42,672 nt of DNA from Octopus sinensis (GCF_006345805.1 NW_021835295.1:1-42672); one strand, 5' to 3'. Shown: positions 23,221 to 34,895, numbered from the stretch's first letter. Notes: generated by a model from the sequence alone, not told the origin. Numbers and translations: made by a program.

Positions 23221-24543
23221 AATTGCTGTCCGTGTGGCAGAATCATCAGCTTAAATGTTTTATTTTATTTCGTTGCTGGGTCGATGAGGATAACAACAAT
23301 GGCGTAAGGTGGTCGTGTGGATTGGGTGGGCTGCCACACCCAATGCCACCAAATTTCAAGCAGGGAGGGGTATAGCAAAAGTTTTTCATTAAGGTTTGTT
23401 ATTAAATGAATAAGGTTAATGTTTATATGAATTTGCCATTTTCGATGGGTGAGCAGGGCACTCTAACTCACCCAGAATATACACCCCTAGATAACAAGGG
23501 AAAACAAACGATAAGGTGATGTTTGGTATTTTAAAGAAGGGGGACAATTCTAGACTGACAGAAGCAAAGGCCAGTTTCTTCTATCACAGCTGGACATTTC
23601 TCATGGCACCAGCAGACGAAATGCAAAAGGCGTTGCCTCGGAGGATAGCGAAGGAGGTGCGCTAGAACAGTCACCCTGCCTCACAGGGATCGCATTTACA
23701 GACAGCAATCTCCACCCCAATAGCGGTGAGCAGGGATATGGTCCAGGGGAACCAAGAACACTGGACGTCTCCACTGCCATAAGTCTGATCCAAATCCTGT
23801 CGGAGAGCAACCGATACCTTGAGAGTTTAGTGTTCTCCCCCTGACTCCATTTCTTTCTAATTTGTGTCCTTTCTTAAAACTACATCATCAATGAAATCAT
23901 ATTTTAGAATATGTATAAGATATTATTTTTTTCATTGGTGGTGGGCATAATGTTTGTTTTTTTCCCCTCTCTTATTACTTCTAATATTTTCTTTGTTGCT
24001 TCAAACTTCAACCTCAAACAGCGACGAACATTATGTTCATCATACTTCACAGAGTGTTTTGAATACTTTTTTCTCTCGTTGGTTAAAGTATCTTCCATTA
24101 TACGAGGTGTTTTGGATCAGGGTTGACCCAGGCAGGCAACAACTACCTACAAGGAAAACATCAGCGTTTATCACATCCACACACACACAAACATATGCAT
24201 ATGATGTAGGAATTCATCATGATCATTATCTTCATCCTCACCCTTATCCTCTTCCTCCTCCTCCTCCTCCCACCACAACCACAATCATACCACGGTGACG
24301 CTCCCTCTTTTTGCTTTTGCAGAAACCCGTGCGTGGGGTGGCATAACGCCTGGGCACGCGTATAGAAGCAAATGAGCAGCTGTTGGGTGTATATATCAAA
24401 TACATACTTTTTTATTTATTATTTTGCACATTACTTAATCATTGTTATATGTTTTATCTTATATTTAATCTTTCTATAATATGTGATTTTTCTAAATGGT
24501 ATAATTTAATTTTTCATTATTGAATTGATAAAAGGTTTTTTTT

Positions 24544-24583
<40 letters not shown>

Positions 24584-25445
24584 GGGATGCAGAATCACAT
24601 GTCGGTGCGTGTGTGGGATCGATGAGGATGAGTAGAGATTTGGAGAGAGGATGCAAGCGAGAGCGAGACACTTTAAGAACACCCCCCCCCCACAAACTAC
24701 CTAACCCCCCTTTTTAATATAAACGTTAAAACGACAAATGTTGAGTTGACAATCACCAAAATAATAATTAATGGTCGCAATGTACGTATTGTATACGTGG
24801 AAATCAGTTTGTTGCTTTTAATATCATTTTTATTATTATTATCATTGTTTTTTTCTTCTCTGAAAACAATCGAGAAAATTTATAACCTCGTGACACGCAA
24901 TCTTATCATTAGTGACCATTAATGACCGCCAGCCACAATTTACAACCTTGCATGGGAGCTTCTATTTTTAGCTGTTTAGTTCCATCAGTAACGTGCTCCT
25001 CGGCTTACATGATGGATTGCGTGCGTCATTTGAGAATGTCAATATCCTTGGTTGTTTTGTTGATAAAAATGATGGTGATAAAAACGATATTAGTGACGAC
25101 GAGGTTGCCAGTGGCAATATATACACGCAGTTATTATTAATAACAATGGACACTTATCTATTTGCGCACGATTTCTAGGTAAGGAGATGTAAGGAGACAT
25201 AAGGAGATGGATGTAAGTGGAGCAACTGCTTGGGTATTGTATAGCGTTTTGTGTGGGCATTCGATGTCTTTGAGTTCAAACTTGAGCTCTTATACTTCTC
25301 ATTCTTCCTTGGTCGAAAAAAGAAAACTATTTATATTAGTGCGACGGGTATCAAGATAAAGGAATTATATACACTCGCGAATTACACATACGAATATAAC
25401 ACACACACACACACACATGCATCTACAAATATATAATAATATAAA

Positions 25446-25829
25446 TCTATACATATAAAGCTGAAGTTGTCTGTGTGTAGCAGGTTTGGTAGCCTTCAAC
25501 TAACACTATCTCCTCTGAGACCCTGCGGCGCAAATTGACAAAAATTGAGAGTATGATAGAAGAAGGCTTGCTTTTCATTCCGTAGAAGATAAAATTAAAA
25601 TCGAACCATGTTAAGACCTAAAATTATTTACATCAAAAAGGTGCCTTTTTTCTATGAAAATCCTTATTTTTTTAACAATGTTTTGACTGCTGTGTCGCCA
25701 TTTTTCGGCGTATTTCAACCAGAAAAATGCCCACCTAAAGAGAATAAGCTACATAATGCAAATACTTTCCAAATATTCCAATTCTAAAGGGTCGAAACAA
25801 ACCCGAGCAACGCCGGGCGATACTGCTAG
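25446..25829 (+). mobile_element. Non-autonomous Helitron-like element, body type B
   Basis: Collinear with 11308-11701; 5' TC, 3' hairpin plus CTAG, A/T target. Confidence 0.8.
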
Positions 25830-25845
25830 TAATATATAACTATAT

Positions 25846-26198
25846 GTATATATACACACATATATGTACATACCTACATATATATATGTATATACGCATG
25901 CATGTATGGGTACAGGACATAAAAAAAACACGTTGAACACAATAAGAAACGAAAATATAAAAACAAAAGCATAGAATGCCTTCGAAACGTGGAGTAGTTG
26001 AAACAGGGACAACTGAAGAAGGGGAATATTCTTTATGCTGTATGTCTTGTTTCTCTGTCCAATAAAAGTTCGTTTCTATGTTTTTGTTTTTATATTTTCG
26101 TTTCTCATTGTGTTCAACGTTTTTTGAGGTCCTGTGCCCAAAGGTGCATGTATATATACATATATATGTAGGTATGTACATATTTGTATGTATATATG
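25846..26198 (+). mobile_element. Inverted-repeat copy of the 5090-6150 element family
   Basis: Arms 25846-25976 and 26074-26198 are imperfect reverse complements; the loop holds the hammerhead strands and AATAAA. Confidence 0.7.
25978..26054 (+). ncRNA. Candidate non-circularly permuted hammerhead ribozyme, second full copy
   Basis: GCCTTC-GAAA-CGTGGAGTA ... AGGGACAA-CTGAAGA-A-GGGG ... TGCTGTAT-GTC-TTGTTTCT; stem I shows G-C to A-U covariation relative to 5837-5914. Confidence 0.55.
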
Positions 26199-26290
26199 CA
26201 TATATTTATATATTATTTATATTATTATATGATCGAATGCCACGCGTCCTTTCCCAAGTAAGTTTTATTTTACAAATATATATCTATATA

Positions 26291-27178
26291 TGTGGTCTGA
26301 TCAATAAGTATCCGGATTGTTGCTATAGTAGCAAAGCTAAAGCACAGAGAGTAAAGCCGCTTGGCACAGATTGACCTTAAACTCTGCTGTGCATGCACAC
26401 TAAGTTTTAACGGTCTAGTTGACCTCCGCTATTTACAGCAGTGTTTGGAAGGAAGGTGTGTAGCGTGTGATCGTCGCATTAACCATGAGAGAGAAAGTTG
26501 AGCAGAGAATCTGCATCAAATCGCCAAAGACTTGGCGATGCCTACTCAGAGGCCAACGTAAAGTTTTCAAAAAGTTTTCATCGTTCTCGACGCAATCAAG
26601 ATCTTGTGCGACTGAAACCTGAGTGTCTTTTTGGTCGGCTGAAAGTGGTTTTGGCGCAAACTTGGCAGACACACGTCTCATACCCAAATCTTCAGCGATA
26701 ATGGACTGAACTGAACCGTAACTAATCTGCACATCCTCTGATAATTCACGGATGGTGATTCGACGATTTCCCTCACAGCTGCTCGCACGTCTGCGATGTT
26801 GTTCTCAGTTCTGCTGGTTGTGGGTCTCCCAGAACGTTCGTCAATATCTTCAATTTTCGGCCATCTTGGAAACGTCTGAACCACTCATACACTTGTGTGC
26901 GGCTCATAAACTCCTCTCCATAAACTTTCTGCAACTTTGCGTAGGCCACTGACCACGTATCGCCATGACAACTTTCTCTCCCATGGTCAATGCAACGATC
27001 ACACGCTATACACCTATCGTCCAAGCATGGCTGTAAACAGCGGAAGTGAGCTAGAGCGTTAAAACTCAGTTCGCATGCACAGCAGAGGTCAAGGTCAGTC
27101 TTGGCCAAGTGGCTTTACTCTGCATGATTTAGCTTCTTTGTTGTGGCAACAGTACGGATACTTATTAATCAGACCTCG
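26291..27178 (-). mobile_element. Non-autonomous mariner element with N-terminal transposase relic and long inverted ends
   Basis: TA-flanked (C/T)G(A/T)GGTCTGAT(T/C)AATAAGTATCCG TIRs; AYAKLQKVYGEEFMSRTQVYEWFRRFQDGR, IDERSGRPTTSR, LGMRRVSAKFAPK motifs on the minus strand. Confidence 0.9.
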
Positions 27179-27205
27179 TATAAATATATATACATATATA
27201 TATAC

Positions 27206-27259
<54 letters not shown>

Positions 27260-27284
27260 ATATATTATATATATATATATATAT

Positions 27285-27325
<41 letters not shown>

Positions 27326-27532
27326 CTATAACGCGCGTCTATGGATAATCGGATATTGATTGATTTTCGTTACGTTACCCTCTGCCTGTGTGAGTAACCT
27401 TCAAGTATAATAGTTTCTCTGGAAGACCTTTTTAAAGTAGAAGAAATGGCTAAGATTTTTGGCTGCTATTTCTGAACTTCGGTGTGTGGTGAGGCAATTC
27501 TTTGCTGAACCCTTTATATATATATACACACA

Positions 27533-27831
27533 CACTTTTTTTATCCGAGGGGAAGGCAATGCGAGCAACAACTAAAGGAACACTACAATATCCACAGAAA
27601 GATCAAACACATACATATATTCATATATTCATTTATATCTATAATATATTTATATATATAATATATTTATATTGATATATTTATATATTACTAAATTTAT
27701 AAATTTTTAAACGTCGGGCTTTATAGATATAAGTGAATATATGAATATATGTATGCGTTTGATCTTTCTGTGGATTTTGTAATATTCCTTTAGTTGTTGC
27801 TCGCATTGCCTCCCCTCGGATAAAAAAAGTG
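27533..27831. mobile_element. Foldback MITE of about 299 bp with arms of about 112 bp
   Basis: 27533-27644 is a near-perfect reverse complement of 27721-27831; termini CACTTTTTTTATCCG, TA on the right flank. Confidence 0.8.
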
Positions 27832-27993
27832 TATACAGCTCATGAGAGCACTACTATTTCCAGTCCGTTGTATATCTTGAGCGTTGTTGTCACTCAAGAT
27901 ATAACTTTATATTTATATAACTTTATATATATATATCATGTTTTCTGTGTTTCGTCCCTTTGTGTATTTCCCGTTCTTGTTTCTTTATATATA

Positions 27994-28034
<41 letters not shown>

Positions 28035-28336
28035 ATACATGCACAATACATACATTTATTGAATGTTCTTCCTAGAGGTAAGACAAATTTTTCATGTTTG
28101 TTGGTGCACTCACACGTCTTTGCCAGTAGATACGCAGTGGAGCTTTACCATAGTATCGTGTTTGTATCGACTGTTATTTCCAGTAAATATTGGTGCCTTG
28201 TAGTACCACTCATCTGTATTTGTATTTTTTTGTGAATTCTCACCTATATAAATATGTATGTATGTATACGTACATACATACATACATACATACATACATA
28301 CATACTACATACATACATACATACCTACCATACACA

Positions 28337-28413
<77 letters not shown>

Positions 28414-28416
<3 letters not shown>

Positions 28417-28701
28417 CACCGTGATCACCGTGACCGACCAGGCTATCAGATGTGCTACACATCGCTGGTCACAATGCGTTTCGCTTTGTTTTAGCCTTCA
28501 AATGACGCCACCGCTGGCTAAGCGAGCAGACCAACAGAAGAAAGAGTGAGAGAAAAGTTGTGGCGAAAGAATACAGCAGGGATCGCCCCACCCCCCGCGG
28601 AGCCTCGCTCAATAAACACCCACAACGTTCGGCCTGGGAATCGAAACTGCGATCCTACGACCGCGAGTCCGCTGCTCTAACCACTGGGCCATTGCGCCTC
28701 C
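28414..28701 (-). mobile_element. SINE, head type D with tail 2
   Basis: Homologous to 4377-4679. Confidence 0.85.
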
Positions 28702-28720
28702 ACACACACACACACGCACA

Positions 28721-28773
<53 letters not shown>

Positions 28774-29194
28774 TATATATATGAATGTATGTATGTGCTT
28801 GTGCGTTCGTGTGTGTAACGTTTTGTATATATATAACGAATACATATATTGATATATGGATATTAATGTCTCGAAAGCGCTCAATATCTTGAGATGAGGT
28901 TAGCAAAAATGTGAATAATATATATTTGTAAATCTAGATTGTTGCTTCCAGCATATTTAAATATTTAATTTAACAGACATCACGTACATGCACATACATG
29001 CACGAACGCACACAAACACACATACTCACAGACACACGAAAACACATACATACACAACCCTCCACCACACAGATACCCGCGCAGACATGTGCCCACGCAT
29101 ATACACAGACACACCATAAAGACTCACAGACATACACACACAGACACACCACATGTACATACATACACACGTACACAAAAGTGTTAGGCTTCAT

Positions 29195-29448
29195 GTCTTG
29201 TTTAGTTTACGACTCTACAACGTTACGGGGTCGTAAACAAACCAGCACCGGTTGTTAAGCGATGGATTTGTGGTGGTAGACACAAACACATACGTGACAT
29301 ATACAAAAATTTCCGTCTACCAAATTCACTCCAATGGCATTAATTAGCCCGGGCTTTAGTAGAAGAGACTTGCCCAAGTTGCCACGCAGTGGGATTGAAC
29401 CTACAGCCATATGGTTGCAAGCCGAGCTTCCTGACCACACAGCCATGT
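29195..29448 (-). mobile_element. Old type B SINE
   Basis: TTTCCGTCTACCAAATTCACTC, GCCACGCAGTGGGATTGAACC motifs. Confidence 0.75.
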
Positions 29449-29689
29449 CTTATAAGCATCTCACATTCAGTATAAAACTGTTGAGGAAATATTTGAATAA
29501 ATGATTTTCGTTTTTAAATCATTTTAAAGCAAAGGGAAGCGGTTTGGTACCGGGTGTCGGGTGGGCAGACAAATGATAAATGGAATGGCGCAAAGTGTAG
29601 GGTGGCTAGACGAATGCCTTGTGGTATTATTTTAGTTAAGTTACATTCCATTCATCGAATAAATCAATGGTTTTTCAAAATAATGCAAC

Positions 29690-29852
29690 GGACATCATCG
29701 TCATCATCACCACCACCACCACCACCACCACCACCACCACCACCACCACCACCACCACCACCACTACCACCACCACCTTCATCATCATTTTCATCATCTT
29801 CATCATCTTCATCATCTTCATCATCATCATCACCATCACCATCATCGTCAAT

Positions 29853-29894
<42 letters not shown>

Positions 29895-30335
29895 TTCATC
29901 ATCATCATTATCATCATCATCATCATCATCATCATCATCTTCTTCATCATCATCATCATCATCTTCATCATCATCATCATCATCATCATCACCATCACCA
30001 TCATCGTCAATATCATCATCATCATCAACATCATCGTCATCGTCATCATCATCATCATCATCACCATCACCATCCTCCTCCTCCTCCTCCTCCTCATCAT
30101 CATCATCATCATCATCGTCATCGTCGTCGTCGTCGTTGTCGTCTTCTTCGTTGTCATCATGATCATGGTCATGATACCCCTCTCCCTCCTCCTCCCTCTC
30201 CTCCTCCTCATCATCATCGTCGTCGTCGTTGTCGAGATCATCATCATCATTATCATCATTTTCGCCATCGTCGTTGTCATCACCACGATCATCATCATCA
30301 TCATCATCTTCATCATCCTCATCACCACCACCACC

Positions 30336-30405
<70 letters not shown>
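29690..30405. repeat. (TCA)n/(CCA)n/(TCG)n trinucleotide array
   Basis: Direct reading; poly-S/I/D/M ORFs are artefacts. Confidence 0.95.
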
Positions 30406-30609
30406 ATGTTTTTCACCCGGAGCCATGAATACATAGAGATCGATTCAACTTAGAGCTTATTATCGTAGTTGTTATTGTCGTTGCTGTCGTCATATTACTT
30501 TTGTTGTCGTTTGGTTTCTTAATGGCGGAGATGTGTCTTAAATGAAAACAATATATAAAAAGATTGACTCGCCGATCTAAGTTGCCGCACGGACAGACAT
30601 ACCATTGTG

Positions 30610-30925
30610 TGATGATGACGACGACGACGACGACGACGATGATGATGATGACGACGACGGTGATAACGATGATGATGACGATGATAATGATGATGATGAC
30701 GATGAGGAAGAAGACGAGGAGGAGGAGGAGGCAGAGGAAGAGAGCGTGAAGGAATAGGTAATGATGACAGCGACGACGATGATACTGCTGTGACGACGCT
30801 GACGCTGATGTGATAATGATGATGATGACCATGATGATGACGACGATGATGATGGTGATGATGATGATGTTGATGGTGATGATGATGATGTTGATGGTGA
30901 TAATGATGGTGGTGGTGGTGGAGGT
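30610..30925. repeat. (GAT)n/(GAC)n/(GGT)n trinucleotide array
   Basis: Direct reading. Confidence 0.95.
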
Positions 30926-31044
30926 GATTATAATGTCTATAATTACAGGTTTTAAAAAAACACACCAAGAAGAAATGCAAATATGGATAAACAAAGGATT
31001 TAGAAGAATCGACGAAAGTGGAAGTAAGGGCAAGCATTACTCAC

Positions 31045-31086
31045 CTGCGTAGCCTGACTGTCCCGAGCATGTGTTGAGGAAAGTAC
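31045..31086 (-). CDS. Probable 42-nt internal exon of an unidentified gene
   Basis: Acceptor TATTTTATATTTTTGTAG, donor CAG/GTGAGT, length a multiple of 3, all frames open; phase-1 reading (G)TFLNTCSGQSGYA. Confidence 0.55.
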
Positions 31087-31456
31087 CTACAAAAATATAA
31101 AATATAGCAGGAATTAGAAAACAGGCTAAAAGAAATTGCGGAAATATACATATAACTTAGTGGTTCGGCAAAAAACGGGTCCGATAAAATAAATACCAGT
31201 TTAAAGAAAACAAATTTAAGTACTGGTGTCTATTCGTTCGACTTAAATTCTTCTAGGGGGTGCCCCAGCTTGGCCGCAGTCTAATCACTGAAACAGCGTG
31301 GTGCTTCCTGGCGGTGGTTATTGTAAGGGAAATAATCACTTCTGATCAATCCTGAAAAGTTTGAATTTTTTAAATGGAAAAGTAACGACGATGAGCAGAC
31401 GATACGAGCAGACGATACGAGCAGACGATACGAGCAGACGATACGAGCAGACGATA

Positions 31457-31600
31457 CGAGCTGGTAGAATCGTTAGCACGCAGGACAAAATGCTTAACGG
31501 CATTTCGTACGCCTTCTGGTTCTGAGTTCAAATTCTGCGGAGGTCGACTTTTGTCTTTCATCCTTTCGGAGTGGATAAAATAAGTACTAGTCGACTTACC
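31457..31600 (+). mobile_element. Type C SINE 5' part, preceded by a 13-bp tandem repeat
   Basis: GAGCTGGTAGAATCGTTAGCAC head; (GAGCAGACGATAC)n at 31396-31460. Confidence 0.8.
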
Positions 31601-31623
31601 CCTCCTTGGGTCAAAACTCAAAA

Positions 31624-31624
<1 letters not shown>

Positions 31625-31705
<81 letters not shown>

Positions 31706-31940
31706 CATTATTATTATTATTATTATTATCATTCAGTAGTTTTATTTTTATATCGTGCTTTCACTTCACTACCGAGCGCAGCTCTGTGTGCCTTGGGTAT
31801 GTGCTGTGTTTTGTTGTGATGCTCTGATGGTTACTGTATTGAAAGTGTTCTGCGTAGGATGTGTGCAGTGCCTAGTAGTGTAATTTTCTGTATGTTATAT
31901 GTGTTTATAAGTCCTGGTGCTCTTGTCATCTATTTGTCTG
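31625..31940 (-). mobile_element. 3' end of an R4/Dong-type restriction-like-endonuclease LINE with (AAT)n tail
   Basis: Minus-strand translation ...YNIQKITLLGTAHILRRTLSIQ* (stop 31831-31833) matches the IQKxxLLGTAxILR C-terminus; short UTR, then (TAT)n on the plus strand. Confidence 0.65.
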
Positions 31941-31958
31941 AATATTTTATTATTATTA

Positions 31959-32007
<49 letters not shown>

Positions 32008-32054
32008 AAATAAAATATGGTCCGTTGTCTTCTGCAACTTTTTCTGTTATTACC

Positions 32055-32370
32055 TGAGACCGACCAAAGCCTTGTTAGTGGATATGGTAAACCGAAACTG
32101 AAAGTAGTTACACGCGCGCACACAAACACTCACACACACACACACGCCCATGCGTGTGTGTGTGTGATTTTGTGTCTGTTCCGCCACTGACTGACAACTG
32201 ATGTTGGTCTGATGATATCGCCGTTACTTAGCAGTTTGGCCAGATAAAACGATAGAATTAAGTACTAGAACTTAAAAATAAGTATTGGGCTCAATTTGTT
32301 TGAATAAAACCCTTAAATCTGTGCCCTCGAATGCCTACAGTCGAGTAACTGAAACAGGTGAAATGTAAAA
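32055..32370 (+). mobile_element. Old type B SINE, 5'-truncated
   Basis: GACCAAAGCCTTGTTAGTGGATATGGTAAACCGAAACTGAAAG and downstream motifs. Confidence 0.7.
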
Positions 32371-33296
32371 GGTTGGTAGCCTTGTAAGACACCATTTCAT
32401 CCTTATTTGAAACCATCAGCATAACATAACCCTAGATAAATGAAGTACACTCAAATTAAACATTTTACGAAGCTAGAAAGTTGAGAAGACATTCATGGAA
32501 TATGTGCTTGTTTGTTATTTTTCTTCATACATCGTTAATATTTCAGCAACTGAGAAAGAAGAGAGAGAGAAAAGTACTCCCATATCTACAAATCCTTCGA
32601 TGAATGTTTTTTGGGTGAATATGTAATACAAAATTGTGTAACGCTCGTGATTTTTTTATAAGTGAAGTTGTTTTCTTAAGAAATCAAAACAGAGTTGGAA
32701 ATCCATTGCTGTGAAAATATATATTTATTCTTGCGATGTTTATTTTGAACCTATAATAAAATAATTGTTTCTGACATAGGAATGAATCTTGAGATATTTT
32801 TAGGGAAAGAGAAAATGCAAATAGATACATAAATGAAGTGATTCGTTGCTGATTTATTAAAAAAATTTACCTCTATCTTCTATATTAAACCTGCATAATA
32901 ATGATTTCACAAATGTATTTTACTTAAAATAGGCAAAACAGATCTTGGCAAGTAAATATACACAACTAAAACTTGGAAGCTATTTGGTTGCTAGCAAGAA
33001 TGAACGAATAGCATTTAGTATTCAGCACGACATGGCGCTAGCTTTTACTGCAGAACTGATCATCCTTATAATATCAAATTTGCGATTGTTGCAGATTAAT
33101 GGGAGAATGTTTAGAATAGAAGACATTATATTTGTCAACTGAAAACAAGTAGCATGATTAGCGGACTGTTTGTTGTATAAAATATATCTACTATATAATA
33201 CATATCTACTATTTGTCGCTGATTATTCTGTAGAAAAGGAAACTAGTTGTTGTTTGGCCAAGTTAACGCTGACCAATACAGCTCTGAACAAAATAT

Positions 33297-33795
33297 CTCC
33301 AGCCATAACAGTCACACGGTTTTAGGTGCATAACTACATTAAGTGTATAACTATCTGTAGGTTTTCAATTTCAGTAGGATTTTTGAGCAGATAATGCAGC
33401 AAGGTAGAAGCTCTCTTATTGGTTCTTTGGATAACAGGTGGTTCAGACACGATCGAAAACCTTCCAGCTATGATCATCTCATCTTTTAGGTGTACAGCAG
33501 TATTATCTAATGCATTTGAATAGCATTTTCAGCAGATCATGAAACCAAGTAGAAACTCTATTATTGGTTCGTTGGTATTCAGGTGGTTCAGATATTCCAG
33601 TTACCCAAGTGCAGAATGACCAAAAAGCTTTCAAGCCAGCTATGACCACCCCGTAGTTTTAGGTGTATAACAATATCATCTAAAACCTGGTAGGATGTGA
33701 ATTTGAGGCAGAATTTTAACAAAGTAGAAACTCTCTCATGAGCACGTTGGGTATCCCGTAGTTTAGATAATCCAGTTACCCAAGTGCAGACATGC
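33297..33795. repeat. Degenerate tandem repeat, three units of about 165-172 bp
   Basis: Recurring CCAGC(C/T)AT...TTTTAGGTG...AAGTAGAAACTCT...GGTGGTTCAGA...CCAGTTACCCAAGTGCAG. Confidence 0.7.
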
Positions 33796-34849
33796 TTTTG
33801 TATCCAGATAGGGAATCTCTGTTACTCATTTGCTTATGCAGCCTAAAAGAATACCGTTATAGCATTCCTTATATGTCCTTGGCCAACACTATTTAATTTT
33901 GTTACTTTAGATTTACATCAATGCAAGAGGAGGGTGAGAGATAGTTACTCTCCTTCGGGAGATATCATATAACGATGAAAAGCATTCATAGCGAACGGCG
34001 AATTGTATATGATTGATGTTTTTAGAATCTGTTTAACCGTGGTTTGTATTTGTTAATGAACGAATTTTCTTTATCTATTCGTGTTTGATCTGTCCTATTG
34101 TTTGCACATTGATAAAGTGAAAAGATTTAAGAATTTGGGGGATTTGGTTGTTGCACTTATATCCAAATGTTCGCTGAGTCTTGTATTTGTTGTCGATAAA
34201 CCGTTGATCTCATTCTCAAGGTGAGTTTGGTTTGTGCAACTTAATCTTCCCAGCATCCATTGCATTTGATGACCTACATTAATTGATTTAGGCCGCAAAA
34301 AGAATTAATTGCCTATATCAGTTCTTTTGATGAACTAGTGAATTGGGAGAGTTAAAACTTGTCCCGATTTAAATTTATATGATGTACTCCCCAATAATAT
34401 TCGTACAAGTTCCGCAATTAAAGCGGCCACACATTTTTACTACAGGAACCAATCATCTGACGGGATTCTATACAACTTCCGCCCATCCAATTCATTGAAG
34501 CGGCTTGGTTGACCCGCGATATGGTAAATGCACTTCGCCAAGATACTACACACTAGAAATGAATACGGAGCCTCGTTGTTATGAAGCAAACTTCTTAACC
34601 AATCAGAATCATGCCTGTGATCATTTCACTAACACACGCAAACATCTACGCAATGTATTTGTAAAAAGTATGAAGATCGTTGAAGTTTGTTTGAAGTATC
34701 GTGATATAAAAAAAAATAACAGTAAAATAACTCGGAGAGCTTCTTACAATGAGAAAAGAGAATTAAAAAAAGAAATTATTTCCTGATATTTTGGCTGAGT
34801 CACTCATCTACATAGAAAAAAATAGATAATTATTGGAGATCAGAGATCG

Positions 34850-34895
34850 GCCACGTGTAATCCTTGGCAGAAGTATCAGTAGGCGCATGCGCGAG
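34850..34895. promoter_or_regulatory. Possible regulatory module: E-box CACGTG and NRF1/EWG-type GCGCATGCGC
   Basis: CACGTG at 34852-34857, GCGCATGCGC at 34883-34892 in a locally CpG-rich unique patch; motif evidence only. Confidence 0.25.

Noticed and set aside
24880-24960. Cadherin-like LIISD-INDRQPQF motif suggesting a protocadherin relic
   Set aside because: Requires a frameshift, and the other cadherin motifs (LDRE, AxDxG) are absent at the expected spacing
29554-30434. Long poly-S/P/D/I ORFs of 200-256 aa
   Set aside because: All frames are open only because the DNA is a stop-poor trinucleotide array
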